64,000 bases of DNA from Ignavibacterium sp. (lineage in GTDB: Bacteria > Bacteroidota > Ignavibacteria > Ignavibacteriales > Ignavibacteriaceae), in the NCBI GenBank assembly GCA_037445935.1, contig JBBIJP010000002.1:291-64290 (forward strand). The letters are read 5' to 3'. Below the pieces are notes generated by a model, which was not told the DNA's origin, searched no databases, and saw only the letters and a list, made by a program, of their open reading frames with translations. Shown piece after piece: positions 40,169-49,055 of this stretch. The position numbers and the translations under genes were made by a program. Position 1 is the first letter of the stretch. Each line of letters begins with the position of its first letter.

Positions 40169-42948
40169 CTATTCTTTAATTCACTATTTCTTCTTTTTAA
40201 AAACTTTTGATTTATTTGGAAAGATTGTTTTTCTTTAATAACTGCCTGAGCTGCTGCTAATCTTGCAATCGGAACTCTGAATGGTGAACAGCTAACGTAA
40301 TTCAAACCAATTCTATGGCAGAACTCTACAGATTTTGGTTCACCACCGTGCTCACCGCAAATACCAACTTTCAAATCTGGTCGGGTTTTTCTGCCACCTT
40401 CAACAGAAATCTGCATTAGTTTACCAATTGATTCTTGATCTATTGATTCGAATGGATCTTCAGGTAGAATTTTCTTTTCAAGGTATTCGGGTAAAAATCC
40501 TCCGATATCATCTCTTGAAAATCCAAAGCCCATTTGAGTAAGATCGTTTGTTCCAAATGAGAAGAATTGTGCAACTTCAGCAATTTTATCTGAAGTTAAA
40601 GCAGCACGTGGAATTTCAATCATTGTACCTGTAAGGTGAGGTATTTTCTTTAAACCAAATTTATCACAAACTTCTTTGTGAACTCTATTGATTATATCAT
40701 ACTGATGTTTTATTTCATTTACGTGACAGGTTACAGGAATCATTATTTCGGGGAATGGTTTCTTTCCGTCTTTTATTAATTCTGCAGTAGCTTCGAAGAT
40801 TGCTCTGACCTGCATTTCAGTAATTTCAGGATATGTAATTCCTAATCTTACACCGCGATGTCCCATCATTGGATTGTTTTCGTGAAGAACATCAGCACGT
40901 TTGTTCAATTCTTCTAAACTGATTCCAAGACTTGCAGCAAGCTTCTCTCGTTCATCCATTCTGGTTGGAACGAATTCGTGCAAAGGAGGATCGAGAGTTC
41001 TGAAAGTTACAGGATAACCATTCATTGCTTCCAATGTACCTTTTACATCTTTTTTAACATACGGGAATAATTCATTTAATGCTGCAATTCTTTCCTCTTC
41101 AGTTTTTGAATGAATCATTTTACGAAGTTTAAACAGCGGTTCTTCTGAACCTTTTCCATAAAACATATGCTCTGTTCTAAAAAGGCCGATACCTTCTGCG
41201 CCGAAAGCTCTTGCACGTGCAGCATCTACCGGAGTATCAGCATTCGTTCTGACTTTAAGTTTTCTGATATCGTCACTTAATTTCATAAATGCATGGAAGT
41301 CCGGATTTTCTTCTGCTGATTTTTTCATCGGCAGTTCGCCAAGATAAACGGTTCCTTTTGTTCCGTTTAATGTTAGCCAATCACCTTCTTTAACAGTGAT
41401 GTTTCCAGCGCTAAAAGTTTTTTCTTCATAATTGATTTTGATACTTCCCGCTCCAACTATACAACATTTACCCCAGCCGCGTGCAACTAATGCTGCGTGA
41501 GAAGTCATTCCTCCGCGAGCAGTGAGAATTGCCTGTGCAGCTCTCATTCCTTCAATGTCTTCAGGATTAGTTTCATCACGAACAAGAATTACCTTTTTAC
41601 CTGCTTTTGCCCAATTAACTGCCTCATTAGCTGAAAATACTACTTGACCAGCAGCTCCTCCTGGTCCTGCAGGTAATCCTTTAACAAATACTTTTGTATT
41701 CAACTCTTCAGAAGGATCAACAATTGGGTGCAGAAGTTCATCAAGTTGAGAAGGTTGAACTCTCATTACAGCTTCTTCTTTGGAAATCAGTTTTTCTTTG
41801 TACATATCAACAGCCATTTTAACGGCTGCAGGTCCATTCCTTTTTCCAACTCGGCATTGAAGCATATAAAGCGTGCCTTCCTGAATTGTGAACTCAATAT
41901 CAAGCATATCACGATAATGTTTTTCCAAAGTCTTCTGAATTTTATGTAATTGCTTGTAGGTATTCGGCATTGCAGTTTCTAATGAAGGAAGGTGAGCAGT
42001 GTGTTCGCTCTTTCCAATTTCGTTAATAGGATTTGGTGTTCTGATTCCAGCAACGACATCTTCACCTTGTGCATTTGGAAGCCATTCGCCATAGAAATAA
42101 TTTTCGCCGGTTGCAGGATTTCTTGTGAAAGCAACACCTGTTGCAGAAGTATCACCCATATTTCCAAATACCATTGATTGGACATTTACAGCAGTTCCCC
42201 AATCATCAGGAATGCCTTCGATTCTTCTGTAAGAAATTGCTCTTTTACCCATCCAGCTTTGGAATACAGCAGAAATAGCTCCCAAAAGTTGATCCATTGG
42301 ATCATCAGGGAAAGGTTTTCCTAATACTTCTTTAACTTTTTGTTTATAGATTTCTATTAGTACTTTCAGGTCTTCAGCGGTTAAATCAGTATCAGCGTGA
42401 ACTCCACGTGCTTCTTTCATTTTATGCAATTCTCTTTCAAGCTGCTGTCTGACACCTTGACCTTCTGCAGGTTCGATACCAGCAGCTTTTTCCATAACTA
42501 CATCTGAATACATTTGAATCAATCGGCGATGTGAATCATATACAAATCTTGGATTTCCGGTTTTAGCAATTAAAGCTTCACGTGTTTGGTCATTCAATCC
42601 AACATTAAGAATAGTTTCCATCATTCCTGGCATCGAAGCTCTTGCACCAGAACGAACGGATAGTAACAGTGGATTTTTCAAATCGCCAAACTTTGCTCCC
42701 ATTTGTTTTTCAACTTTAGTGAGAGCTTCTTTTACTTGTTTTTCAAGTTCTTTCGGGTATTTCTTATTGTTTTTATAGTATGCTGTACAAACTTCTGTTG
42801 TGATTGTAAAACCAGCAGGAACAGGGAGACCAATATTCACCATTTCTGCAAGATTTGCTCCTTTACCTCCAAGCAAAGCTTTCATATCAGCTTTACCTTC
42901 AGCCTTTTTTCCACCGAAGTAGTAAACATATTTCTTTGATTTTGTCAT
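40150..42948 (-). CDS. ppdK: Pyruvate, phosphate dikinase
   Basis: LLGGKGANLAEM, SVRSGA, GGMTSHAA (phospho-His), GIGLFRTEHMF, GTNDLTQ, GICGEHGG. The true stop may be at 40184 (see findings). Confidence 0.97.
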   Translation of the reverse strand: MTKSKKYVYYFGGKKAEGKADMKALLGGKGANLAEMVNIGLPVPAGFTITTEVCTAYYKNNKKYPKELEKQVKEALTKVEKQMGAKFGDLKNPLLLSVRSGARASMPGMMETILNVGLNDQTREALIAKTGNPRFVYDSHRRLIQMYSDVVMEKAAGIEPAEGQGVRQQLERELHKMKEARGVHADTDLTAEDLKVLIEIYKQKVKEVLGKPFPDDPMDQLLGAISAVFQSWMGKRAISYRRIEGIPDDWGTAVNVQSMVFGNMGDTSATGVAFTRNPATGENYFYGEWLPNAQGEDVVAGIRTPNPINEIGKSEHTAHLPSLETAMPNTYKQLHKIQKTLEKHYRDMLDIEFTIQEGTLYMLQCRVGKRNGPAAVKMAVDMYKEKLISKEEAVMRVQPSQLDELLHPIVDPSEELNTKVFVKGLPAGPGGAAGQVVFSANEAVNWAKAGKKVILVRDETNPEDIEGMRAAQAILTARGGMTSHAALVARGWGKCCIVGAGSIKINYEEKTFSAGNITVKEGDWLTLNGTKGTVYLGELPMKKSAEENPDFHAFMKLSDDIRKLKVRTNADTPVDAARARAFGAEGIGLFRTEHMFYGKGSEEPLFKLRKMIHSKTEEERIAALNELFPYVKKDVKGTLEAMNGYPVTFRTLDPPLHEFVPTRMDEREKLAASLGISLEELNKRADVLHENNPMMGHRGVRLGITYPEITEMQVRAIFEATAELIKDGKKPFPEIMIPVTCHVNEIKHQYDIINRVHKEVCDKFGLKKIPHLTGTMIEIPRAALTSDKIAEVAQFFSFGTNDLTQMGFGFSRDDIGGFLPEYLEKKILPEDPFESIDQESIGKLMQISVEGGRKTRPDLKVGICGEHGGEPKSVEFCHRIGLNYVSCSPFRVPIARLAAAQAVIKEKQSFQINQKFLKRRNSELKNSRSRCF

Positions 42949-42993
42949 TTTAGCTTTTCCTCCATTAAATTTTCATTTATTCTATTGTGATGA

Positions 42994-44040
42994 TTAATTA
43001 AGATTATTTTTCAAAAACTTTATAAAACTATCTTCATTTTCTATGTTGAGAATAATTTTAAGATAAAATATATCAATGTCGTCAAATTCACGTGCAAATT
43101 TAAGCAATTTTACGGCGTCTTTCTCGGTCGTAACGACAGAATGTGCATTTGTCGAATAAAAAGTTTTTCTTATTTGCTGAACTTCTTTATCGGTGTAATT
43201 TTTATGATCTTTGAAAATCAATTGATTTTTCGTTGTAACTCCGGTTTTTGCTAAAATTGTGAGGAAAGAAGCCGGATTTGCTATACCTGACACAACTAAA
43301 CTATCCTGACCATTAAAATCCTCAAGCGAATGCTCGGTTTTCCGTGTCATATCCACAAAACTTATAGCTTTGTAATGGGCTGTAAAAATCGGTTTATTAA
43401 ATTCTTTAAGTTGATCTTCGTAAGAACTATGATTATCGTTTGAAAATTTCTTGTTGATAATGATTGCACTCGCCCGTTTTATTGAACTGAATGGCTCTCT
43501 CATCAATCCAGCAGGAAGTAATGATTGAGTAAATATTGATTTATTTGTTAAAAAAGTTTTGTCAATGAGGACCAAATCCAGATTTCGTTTTATCCATCTG
43601 TGTTGAAAAGCATCATCGAGGACAATAACGTTTGTATCAACATTCTTTAAAAGTTTTACAGCTCCTTCAATTCTTCTTTCACATACAGCGGCGGGAATTT
43701 TACATTCCAATACAGTCTGATAAATTTCGTCGCCGCATTTTCCTACGTCTATAATATTTTTTCCGTCTTTCGAAACTAAAAGATAACCTTTTGATTTTCT
43801 TCCATATCCACGGCTTAAAACGGATGGTTTCCAGCCAAGCTCTTTTAAGAGTTTTGAAATATAAATAGCAAAAGGAGTTTTACCAGAACCACCGACAACG
43901 ATATTTCCAATTGAAATTACTTTGGCATTAATAGCAGTTGACTTAAAGATTTCATAATCGAACAAAAGATTCCTAACCGATATGATTAGATAGTAAATCG
44001 GAACTAAGGTTAATGAAAATATTTTGAGTAGTTTAATCAT
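42994..44040 (-). CDS. lpxK: Tetraacyldisaccharide 4'-kinase
   Basis: SIGNIVVGGSGKTP, SRGYGR, GDE, LDDAFQH, LLPAGLMRE, SGIANP, TTEKDAVK. Confidence 0.95.
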   Translation of the reverse strand: MIKLLKIFSLTLVPIYYLIISVRNLLFDYEIFKSTAINAKVISIGNIVVGGSGKTPFAIYISKLLKELGWKPSVLSRGYGRKSKGYLLVSKDGKNIIDVGKCGDEIYQTVLECKIPAAVCERRIEGAVKLLKNVDTNVIVLDDAFQHRWIKRNLDLVLIDKTFLTNKSIFTQSLLPAGLMREPFSSIKRASAIIINKKFSNDNHSSYEDQLKEFNKPIFTAHYKAISFVDMTRKTEHSLEDFNGQDSLVVSGIANPASFLTILAKTGVTTKNQLIFKDHKNYTDKEVQQIRKTFYSTNAHSVVTTEKDAVKLLKFAREFDDIDIFYLKIILNIENEDSFIKFLKNNLN

Positions 44041-44043
44041 TCT

Positions 44044-44694
44044 TCAAAACACCTGCGCCTGATTTTGAAGTTGAATCATGATTGATTCACATTTTTTAAT
44101 AATCTTATCAGTTTCATTGTAGTCTAAGTTAATGTCAATTTTTACCGGTTCAGAGTAAATTATTTTTGCCTTGCTAAAGGGCATCGGAACTTGAAAGCTG
44201 TCCCAACTTTTGAGGAGTTTCTTTATTGAAAATCCAACTCCAGCCATAACGAGAGGAATTAGACTTTTCTTGGCGGTTATTACAGCCCCGGCTTTGAATT
44301 TTAATGGTGGTCCTGTCGGTCCGTCAGGTGTTACAGCGATTGAATAATTATTTTTTGCATAATCCACCATAATTCCCAAAGCCACATCACCACCTTTATG
44401 ACTCGATCCTCTTATCACGGAATAATTCCAATGTTTAAGCTGTTTCGCAAGTAAATCACCATCTTTGCTTAAGCTTGTAAGGGCTGAGAAATTTTTATTT
44501 CTATGTAAATACCAGGGTAACAACATCGTTCCGTGCCAAAATGCTAACACATAATTTTGATTTTGTCTTTCAAGGTTTTCAATTACATTTTTATTTATTA
44601 CTTCAATGCGTAATGATTTACATAAAAGATCAAGTGAATGCTTAAGAATAAGATTCCCTAATACTCTGTAAAATGTTTGCTTAATCTTTTTCAT
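44044..44694 (-). CDS. DUF374 lysophospholipid acyltransferase (LpxJ-like lipid A secondary acyltransferase)
   Basis: AFWHG, SLSKDGD, IRGSS, TPDGPTGP, SWDSFQVPMPFS; lies between lpxB and lpxK. Confidence 0.85.
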   Translation of the reverse strand: MKKIKQTFYRVLGNLILKHSLDLLCKSLRIEVINKNVIENLERQNQNYVLAFWHGTMLLPWYLHRNKNFSALTSLSKDGDLLAKQLKHWNYSVIRGSSHKGGDVALGIMVDYAKNNYSIAVTPDGPTGPPLKFKAGAVITAKKSLIPLVMAGVGFSIKKLLKSWDSFQVPMPFSKAKIIYSEPVKIDINLDYNETDKIIKKCESIMIQLQNQAQVF

Positions 44695-45820
44695 TAATGC
44701 AATCAGTTATTTTTTGAGCCGTAATTTTAGCCGAGTCTTTTTCTCCTAATATTGAACTCAGTTTCGATAATTCCTTTTTCATAAAATCAATTTTTGACTG
44801 ATCTGAAAGTATTAAAGTTACATTTTTAATAATTTTTTTTTCATTGACTTGGTGCTGCAATAATTCCGGCACAATAGTTTTGCCTAAAAGAATGTTTACT
44901 ATTCCAATATTTTTAACTTTAATCAAAAGCATACCGATTAAGTAAGAAATATAATTCGCTTTATAGACTATTATCATTGGAAGACCAATCAGACCTGCCT
45001 CCAATGTTGATGTTCCTGATTTTATTATTCCGAATTTTGAATGCTTCATCAAATCGTAAGTATGTCCTGAAACAATTTTATAACTGTCAGAGGGAACAGT
45101 TTGTCTTATAAAATTTTCTTCAATAGAATTTGAACATGCAAGAACAATTTGAAGATTAAACATTGCAGAAATTTTCTCTGCAGCGGAAATTACTCTGGGA
45201 AAAATTGAGGATACTTCGTGCTTTCGGCTGCCCGGCAATATGAGCAAAACCTCTTTGTTTTTGTCTAATTCAACATTGTCAAATAAATAGTTTCTCTCTA
45301 AAAAGTTGTAAGTTTTAAGTTTAGTAATAAGAGGATGCCCGACAAATTCAGCATCAACACCATTTTTTTTGTAAAAATCTTCTTCAAATGGAAAAAGCAC
45401 ATACATTTTAGAAGCAAACTTTTTTATTTTTTTTATTCGGCGATGTCCCCAAGCCCAAACTTGCGGAGAAATGTAATAGAAAATTTTTATTCCAAGATTT
45501 TTAAGTTTTTCTGCGATACTCAGATTAAAACCCGGATAATCAATCAGCACGGCGTATTTAGTCTTTCGCTTAATTACTTCATCAATCAAATGCTTTTGAA
45601 CTTTTTTGATAAAGGGCAGATGTCGGATAATTTCGACAAACCCCATAAAATTAAGTTTATCAATATTGTAAATTATTTCCATCCCTGCATTTTGCATATT
45701 CAATCCGCCCACACCATAGAACTCAATTTGAGGAGATAAATTTTTGATTTCCCTGATAAGAGAAGAACCGTGTAAATCTCCTGATGCTTCGCCAGCAATT
45801 ATTAAAATTGACTCAGGCAT
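44681..45820 (-). CDS. lpxB: Lipid-A-disaccharide synthase
   Basis: AGEASGDLHG, IDYPGFN, YISPQVWAW, FVGHP, LPGSR, SGTSTLE. Confidence 0.96.
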   Translation of the reverse strand: MPESILIIAGEASGDLHGSSLIREIKNLSPQIEFYGVGGLNMQNAGMEIIYNIDKLNFMGFVEIIRHLPFIKKVQKHLIDEVIKRKTKYAVLIDYPGFNLSIAEKLKNLGIKIFYYISPQVWAWGHRRIKKIKKFASKMYVLFPFEEDFYKKNGVDAEFVGHPLITKLKTYNFLERNYLFDNVELDKNKEVLLILPGSRKHEVSSIFPRVISAAEKISAMFNLQIVLACSNSIEENFIRQTVPSDSYKIVSGHTYDLMKHSKFGIIKSGTSTLEAGLIGLPMIIVYKANYISYLIGMLLIKVKNIGIVNILLGKTIVPELLQHQVNEKKIIKNVTLILSDQSKIDFMKKELSKLSSILGEKDSAKITAQKITDCINEKD

Positions 45821-46409
45821 AAATTTTTAGAATGAATTTGATTACCAGAAAAAGTGAGACACCAAATAAAGCCTGAAGTGTTCTTTTTTCGGAACGAAGA
45901 CCAGCTTTAATATTAAAAGGCGGCTGTTCGATACTGCTATCTTTGTATGGAGTTAGTCTCGGGAAAAATCTTGGAACTGCTGAAAAATATTTTTTATAAC
46001 CTTCTCCGTAAGTTTTTCTTAAGTACTCTTCTTCTTCTGAAACAATGAGATTATACTGAACAATAAAGAATATCAAAGCAATGATTTGCAAATAAGGAAA
46101 CAGAGCAAGAGACATTATGCCCAATCCTAAATAGATAAGCATATTCCCGATGTATAATGGATTTCGAACATATGCAAATGGACCGCTGATTATTAAATAA
46201 GTTCCGCCGACATTACCGGTTGTTCTTGTCTCGCTGCCAGCCCAGCTTACTCCCCATAAACGAAGAAATTCTCCGGATAAAGAAACTAAAATTCCTAAAA
46301 TCAGAGACCATACGGTAGCCTGTTCAAATATTATCATAAGAATCAGAAATGGAATTGGTGTGTAACTTCTGTTCTTAAATATTACTTGTGCAAGTTTTTG
46401 TTTATTCAT
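45813..46409 (-). CDS. ICMT/Ste14/PEMT-family integral membrane methyltransferase
   Basis: GEFLRLW, SGPFAYVRNPLYIG, EEEYL...YGEGYKKY...VPRFFP. Confidence 0.85.
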   Translation of the reverse strand: MNKQKLAQVIFKNRSYTPIPFLILMIIFEQATVWSLILGILVSLSGEFLRLWGVSWAGSETRTTGNVGGTYLIISGPFAYVRNPLYIGNMLIYLGLGIMSLALFPYLQIIALIFFIVQYNLIVSEEEEYLRKTYGEGYKKYFSAVPRFFPRLTPYKDSSIEQPPFNIKAGLRSEKRTLQALFGVSLFLVIKFILKIYA

Positions 46410-47125
46410 TCTGCCTCATAAGCTATTTTTCGTTTAAGCATTGCCTGATGACTTTTTCTTAAACGTTTTTTTGTTAAAAATTTAGTTATTATTTCTAAAA
46501 CATCGTTGAAATTTTTATAAGGAAAAAAAGATATTCTGTTCGCTTCACAAAATTTAAGTAATCCGTCTTTTGCAAAAATTAAATCGCAGTACTGAGCTGC
46601 CTCTTTATCAGAATTTCCATCTCCTATATAAATCGTATAATCATCATCACTGCTATTGTCTATGATATGCTGCATCTTTGGATTTGATGATGATGGATAA
46701 TCCGAATTATAGTATTTAAATTGAGCAACGAATTTATTCTTTTCAATTCTTAAAGTATTTGAATAAAAAGGAATCCAGTTTAAATTTTCTCGTTTGAGAA
46801 CTCTATCAATATACAAATCGAAGCCATCGCTTAGGATAAAAACTTCTATGTCATTAGATTTACAAAACTGAACAAAAGTGTGAAATGAATTATCAATGGG
46901 AATTCGATCAATTAATTCATTTAGCTTCTCGGGTTCAACAAATTGAACATTTTTAATCAATTCTTCCCAGCATTGTCTAGAAGAAATATTACCATCGTGA
47001 AGATTTAATATAATTTCTACGGCTTTCTGAATGTTTCCGAAGTTCAAAAAAATCTCCCGTCCAATATCAATTGAAGAAATTGTTCCATCGAAGTCAACAA
47101 ATATTTTAATTTTTCTTCCATCCAT
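46406..47125 (-). CDS. MtnX-like HAD-IB phosphatase
   Basis: FVDFDGTI, ILSDG, YIGDGNSD, DLIFAK. Confidence 0.85.
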   Translation of the reverse strand: MDGRKIKIFVDFDGTISSIDIGREIFLNFGNIQKAVEIILNLHDGNISSRQCWEELIKNVQFVEPEKLNELIDRIPIDNSFHTFVQFCKSNDIEVFILSDGFDLYIDRVLKRENLNWIPFYSNTLRIEKNKFVAQFKYYNSDYPSSSNPKMQHIIDNSSDDDYTIYIGDGNSDKEAAQYCDLIFAKDGLLKFCEANRISFFPYKNFNDVLEIITKFLTKKRLRKSHQAMLKRKIAYEAE

Positions 47126-49053
47126 TATTTATTTATGACCATCTTATTAACTGCAATAAAATCGCCAGCTTTTAACCTGTAGAAATAAATTCCGGGTGGT
47201 AATTCATCTGCATTAAAAATTATAGAATGCTTACCTTCAGAAAAGTAATCTTTGACCAAAACTCTGATTGGATTTAACCGAACATCAAAAATTTCTATTT
47301 CAACCATCTGACCAAAAGGAATTGAAAAACTTATTGTGGTTTTTTCATCAAAAGGATTTGGGGAATTTTGAAATAATGCATAACCGCTTAAATCAGTAAT
47401 GTAATTCACGGTTGTTATTTCAGAGAATTGATTTTCTTTCCCAGAAATTTTCTGAACAACCTTGTAAGAAATCAATCCGTCCTCATCTGGAAAATCAAAA
47501 TATTCATAATAATTTATAGTGTTGTAGTTTATTCTTTTCAAAGATGCGATTGTTTTCCACGCAGACTCATTCTCTCCCTTTCGCAAAATCTCATATTCAG
47601 TGATATTGGATTCATTAACAGCAAACCAGAATATTTTAACTGAGTCACCAAACAATTCAGACTTTAAGCCCAGATTCTGACCAGCATATGTTCCGGTAGA
47701 AAAAATTTTTTGTCCATAAATTTCACAGCCATCATTTCTTTTATCTTTAAATACAGCAATTGCTCCACCGTTTTTATCTCCAATCAAATTCAAATAACTT
47801 TTTTGAGATTTTGGTGATGTTCCCAAATCAACTCCTGTTGAATCCCAAAGAAATTTTTTATCAATGGTGATTTTTTGAGCGTAGATATTCCCGAAATTTT
47901 CATTTTTTCTTCGGTCAATCCACGCAATTATGAAACCCCCTTTATTATCCGATACTATTTGCTGACCGAACTGATCACCAACAATATTTATAATCGGAAG
48001 AGGATTTCTTTCCCATAATTTATTTCCTTTGACATCGAATGCGTCAGCAAAAATGTTTCGGTCTTTATTATTTTCATTAACCCAGGTAACAACTATTCTG
48101 TTATTGAAAATGGAATATTTAGGATTTGAATTACTGCCTTTCAGAGAAGTTATACTGTTTCCTTCATTCCCCCATTTTTTAATTCCCTTTGAAGAAATTA
48201 ATTGATGATATATTCTTTTATTTTGACCTGAAACTGTCCAGATAATGTAGAAATCAACACCAAGTTTCGAAGCTGAGAAGTCTAAAACGTTTTTTTTGGG
48301 GTTTGTTATTGTAATGGGAGTTTTCGAATTTTTATTATATAAATCCTCTGATTTAAATTTTAATATTGATTTATTGTTCAAAGTTTCAATCCAAAATAAG
48401 CCGGCATTCTGAGCATCACTTGCAATAATTTGAGTGCTATGAATGATTCCCTGAGATTTTTGATAAACAACAGATTTGGTAATTATTTCACCACTCGGTT
48501 TTAATTTGAATATTGTTTTAGTTACGTTTTGAAGCAACAATTCTCTCGTAATCAAGCTGATAAAAATCTCTCCCGAACTGTTGCAAGACAAAGAGAAGTC
48601 GGTAATTTCACCATTCACTCTCTCTAATTGAATTCCGAAATCAGTCCAAATTCTTAATCCGGAAGAATTAACTTTCTGAATTGATAGAGTTTGTCTTTCA
48701 GCAGAAATGATTTCTTTCCATAATACTATCACTTCATCATTTGGAGCTAAAACGGCAATGGGATTTAGTTTATTAAACTGAGATAGAGAAACAGCTTTAC
48801 CATCAGCCCGAAAACTTACTTCTCCATCTTTATTGAAATGTAGAAAAAATATGTTATTAAAATTTGGAGAAATAATATCCTGCCAGATAATAAAAGCACC
48901 TTCTTTCTCATCGCCAAGAACAGTGATATTGGTTGGATCTTTCGGATTTATCACTAACGGTGTATTTGAACGCGGGTCATTTACCCACTGTGCAAATGAA
49001 TAAATATGGAGACAAAAAAATATTATCAGTAAGACTTTTATTATCAAACTCAT
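47125..49053 (-). CDS. Secreted repeat protein with T9SS type A sorting domain
   Basis: Signal peptide; repeats of GGxIIxWxD...IYAQKI; C-terminal QNSPNPF...GIYFYRL...KMVINK. Confidence 0.8.
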   Translation of the reverse strand: MSLIIKVLLIIFFCLHIYSFAQWVNDPRSNTPLVINPKDPTNITVLGDEKEGAFIIWQDIISPNFNNIFFLHFNKDGEVSFRADGKAVSLSQFNKLNPIAVLAPNDEVIVLWKEIISAERQTLSIQKVNSSGLRIWTDFGIQLERVNGEITDFSLSCNSSGEIFISLITRELLLQNVTKTIFKLKPSGEIITKSVVYQKSQGIIHSTQIIASDAQNAGLFWIETLNNKSILKFKSEDLYNKNSKTPITITNPKKNVLDFSASKLGVDFYIIWTVSGQNKRIYHQLISSKGIKKWGNEGNSITSLKGSNSNPKYSIFNNRIVVTWVNENNKDRNIFADAFDVKGNKLWERNPLPIINIVGDQFGQQIVSDNKGGFIIAWIDRRKNENFGNIYAQKITIDKKFLWDSTGVDLGTSPKSQKSYLNLIGDKNGGAIAVFKDKRNDGCEIYGQKIFSTGTYAGQNLGLKSELFGDSVKIFWFAVNESNITEYEILRKGENESAWKTIASLKRINYNTINYYEYFDFPDEDGLISYKVVQKISGKENQFSEITTVNYITDLSGYALFQNSPNPFDEKTTISFSIPFGQMVEIEIFDVRLNPIRVLVKDYFSEGKHSIIFNADELPPGIYFYRLKAGDFIAVNKMVINK

Positions 49054-49055
49054 AA

